DNA of 64,000 nucleotides from an uncultured Prolixibacteraceae bacterium (GTDB lineage Bacteria; Bacteroidota; Bacteroidia; Bacteroidales; Prolixibacteraceae): NCBI GenBank assembly GCA_963849775.1, contig CAWKIX010000048.1, positions 5,879 to 69,878 of the forward strand, read 5' to 3'. Shown piece by piece: positions 61,412 to 64,000 of this stretch (position 1 is its first letter; each line of letters starts with the position of its first letter). The notes under the pieces were generated by a model. It saw only the letters and a program-made list of their open reading frames with translations, ran no database searches and was not told where the DNA came from. The position numbers and the translations under genes were made by a program.

Positions 61412-62529
61412 TCATTTTTTGAATTTTGATATACAATCGATAATAAAAATAACATTTTCCATGTCAAGTGTTGGATAAATTGGTAAACATATAACACTAT
61501 CTGAGGCTTTCTTTGCATTCGGCAGCTCATATTGATCAATCCATAATGAGTTTTTATAAACGGAATATTCATTGATAAGAGGATAAAAATATCGTCGTCC
61601 AAATATTCCGACGGATTTAAGTTTATTGTAAAGCTGATCACGTGTCAAGCCATATTCTTTTTCGTCAACAAAAATTGGGAAATAGGAGTAATTTGAATTT
61701 GCTTCTTTTGATTCAGGTAAGAAAGAAATTCCATTTATTTCATTTAATCTTTCCCTGTATTTTTGTGAAATTATTTTTCGCTTTTCTAAATTTAAATGAT
61801 GATTTTTTATTTGAAGCAGACCCAAAGCTGCCTGTATTTCATTCATCTTGGAGTTAATTCCAAATGAAACAACATCGGTCTCATTTTCAAATCCAAAATT
61901 TTTCAAATAATCAATCTGTTTTTTTGTATTAGCATCTTGACAAATAATTGCTCCCCCTTCCATAGTATTAAACATTTTTGTTGCATGGAAACTTAATATC
62001 GAAATATCTCCATAATTACAAATGTTTTTTCCTTTGTGGGTTATTCCAAAAGCATGTGCAGCATCATAGATTACCTTTAATCCGTTAGTTTCAGCAATTT
62101 CACCAATTTCTTCAATTTTGCACGGATTACCATAAACATGAACTGGTAAAATTGCAGAAGTTTTATGCTGTAATTGCCGCTTTCATTTTTTTAGGATCCA
62201 ACGTGCAAAATTCAGATTCAATATCCGCAAAAACAGGTTTTATATTATTCCAAACTAAACAATTGGCAGTTGCAACAAAACTATAGGGCGTTGTAATAAC
62301 CTCTCCTGATATATCCAGAACTTTGATAGCAGTTAGCAACGCCAGTGTTCCGTTGGCAAATAACGAAACGTATGGAACTACCTAAAAATTCTGCAAGCCT
62401 TTTCTCAAACTCACAATGAAACGGACCATTATTGGTAAGCCATTTGCTATCCCAAATTTGTCTTATTAACGGAAGAAATTCTTCGATTTCAGGCAAAGAA
62501 GGCTCAGTAACATATATCGCTTTTTTCAA
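61412..62529 (-). CDS. DegT/DnrJ/VioA-family PLP sugar aminotransferase, split by indels near 62380 and 62167
   Basis: IYVT.PSLP, WLTNNGP, ANGTLAL, PVHVYG, VIYDAAHAFG, SFHATKMFNTMEGG, GINSKMNE, RRYFYP. Confidence 0.88.
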
Positions 62530-62607
62530 TTTATTTTTTATTAGTTAATCGCTTTTTCCGTGTTTAAATATAAAAAAAATACATAGGATACAATTGGCTG
62601 GAATTCT

Positions 62608-64000
62608 TTATTTGGATAAGAATGATTTCAACAATTTTAATTCTTTGTTACAAAAAATATACGAACCAAGAAAAAAAGTAAGACATCCCAAGATTCCCCC
62701 GATTCCCAACTGCAAATAATTTGTTTTCACCAGCATTGAAGGGAGATATGCAAATAAACCCGAAATTGTAGACAAAATCATTATAGGCATTATATCGCGC
62801 ATTTGTTTAACAAATCCTACATGAATCAATTTGCCTGTATAATAAGTATTTATTACCAGAGATATTACCGATGAAGCAACTATTCCGACACACATTATAA
62901 AAACACCCAATGGAGCCGTAATAATCAGAATAATGGTTGTAATTATTTTCTTAATAATCTCGAGTTTTAGAAAAAGATCAGAACGTCCTTTCACCTGTAA
63001 AAGATTTAAATTTATTGCGTGAATCGGATAAAACATATATGCAATGCATAAAACCTGTAACAATGGCACGGCAGGCAACCATTTTTCAGTTAATAGTATT
63101 TCAATCAACGGCTTGCTGAGAGCACACAATAAAAGCATTAGTGGAAATATTACAAAGGCTGACATTTTTAGTAGTTTACGGTAATTCGTTTCCAATTGCT
63201 TCTTGTCGTCTTGCATTTCGCTTAAAATTGGAAATGTAACTCTTTGTATTACACTTGTAATATTGGATGATGGTAATTGCGATAATCCTTTTGCTCTTGT
63301 GAAGTAACCCAAATCGGATTTGGTGAATAATTTTCCAATGATCACCTGGTAAATATTCCGATAAATAGAATCTATGAGCCCGGAAAGCATGAGTTTTGAA
63401 CCATAGCCAAACAATTCTTTAAACGAATTTATTGAAAAGATTTTTTGTGGCTTCCATTTAATGAAAAACCAAAGTAGTATGCTTGAAATTAAAGTTTGAA
63501 CCAGCGTTTGAACAACAAGTGTCCAAACTCCATATCCCATTAACGCCATTGTAATTCCAATTGAACCCGACAGGAGAAGTGCAATTAGTGAAATTTTGGT
63601 TTGTGTTTTAAAGTCTATTTTAATATTTAAAATTGTACTTTGTATTGCGCTAAATGCACCAATTATAACATTCAATCCAACTACACGTATTATGGGCGTA
63701 ATTATTTCTGAATCGTAAAAATCGGCAATTAATGGGGCGGTTACAAAAAGTAAAAAGTAAAAAAATAAACTTACTGCAATATTATAATAGAAAACAGTAC
63801 TTAAATCAGCATCTGTTCTATTTTGTTTTCGGATTAAGGCGGAACTAAAACCACCACCCACAAATACACCTGAGATTTCAATAAAAATCATTATCATTCC
63901 AATTATTCCATAATCGGCTGGTGATAATAAACGCGCAATAATAATGGATATAATAAACCGGATGCCCTGGCTTGAAAATCTTTCCGCTGTGCTCCATTTT
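62608..64000 (-). CDS. wzx: Polysaccharide flippase (Wzx/WzxC-like), 5' end outside the window
   Basis: Frame open to the window edge (KWSTAERF..IARLLSPADYG); ALIRK, STVFYYN, YGSKL, LGYFTRA, VTFP, GRSDL.LKLE. Confidence 0.9.
   Translation of the reverse strand, partial: KWSTAERFSSQGIRFIISIIIARLLSPADYGIIGMIMIFIEISGVFVGGGFSSALIRKQNRTDADLSTVFYYNIAVSLFFYFLLFVTAPLIADFYDSEIITPIIRVVGLNVIIGAFSAIQSTILNIKIDFKTQTKISLIALLLSGSIGITMALMGYGVWTLVVQTLVQTLISSILLWFFIKWKPQKIFSINSFKELFGYGSKLMLSGLIDSIYRNIYQVIIGKLFTKSDLGYFTRAKGLSQLPSSNITSVIQRVTFPILSEMQDDKKQLETNYRKLLKMSAFVIFPLMLLLCALSKPLIEILLTEKWLPAVPLLQVLCIAYMFYPIHAINLNLLQVKGRSDLFLKLEIIKKIITTIILIITAPLGVFIMCVGIVASSVISLVINTYYTGKLIHVGFVKQMRDIMPIMILSTISGLFAYLPSMLVKTNYLQLGIGGILGCLTFFLGSYIFCNKELKLLKSFLSK

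Noticed and set aside
61396-61641. N-terminal extension of the WbqC ORF given in the track
   Set aside because: It overlaps the aminotransferase gene; the family consensus starts at MKLASHQPYF (61395).
8028-62380. Alternative genetic code or stop-codon readthrough as the cause of split genes
   Set aside because: The breaks are changes of reading frame, not in-frame stops, and TGA, TAG and TAA all terminate normal genes here.
1-64000. tRNA or rRNA genes
   Set aside because: No cloverleaf with a T-loop consensus or rRNA-like segment was recognised in any intergenic region.

Overview
AT-rich bacterial DNA with Bacteroidota signatures: TAnnTTTG -7 promoter boxes, A-rich translation starts without Shine-Dalgarno sites, and the rpmB-rpmG-DUF4295-ftsY gene order. 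A Prolixibacteraceae-like host is my inference only. (1) 174-28828 is an apparently complete, co-oriented extracellular contractile injection system (eCIS, Afp/PVC/AlgoCIS-like). It encodes a cap, a sheath with a large insert, two tubes, a 52-aa plug-like ORF, a LysM tube initiator, VgrG, PAAR, gp25, two large baseplate proteins, an Ig/PKD-repeat fibre, a tape measure, two DUF4157 cargo proteins, a muramidase and an AAA+ ATPase. One cargo has a peptidoglycan-binding domain; the other has an HNH-like motif. (2) 28920-50040 holds housekeeping and envelope genes: peroxiredoxin, L28, L33, bL38, FtsY, an apparently inactive serine hydrolase, a LytS/LytTR pair, a symporter, SPFH, OmpA, cytochrome c plus a PQQ-type dehydrogenase, a cupin, a TonB receptor and a GH3. 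(3) A dinB-dnaE mutagenesis cassette with REP-like palindromes. (4) An IS110-family element with a structured 5' non-coding end (bridge-RNA candidate), interrupted by an IS3 with a 4-bp ATTT duplication. (5) The distal end of a surface-glycan locus that includes a beta-keto acid cleavage enzyme. About 18 single-base indels break otherwise intact genes across the window. These are most likely long-read consensus errors, so the split genes should not be read as true pseudogenes without read-level checks.
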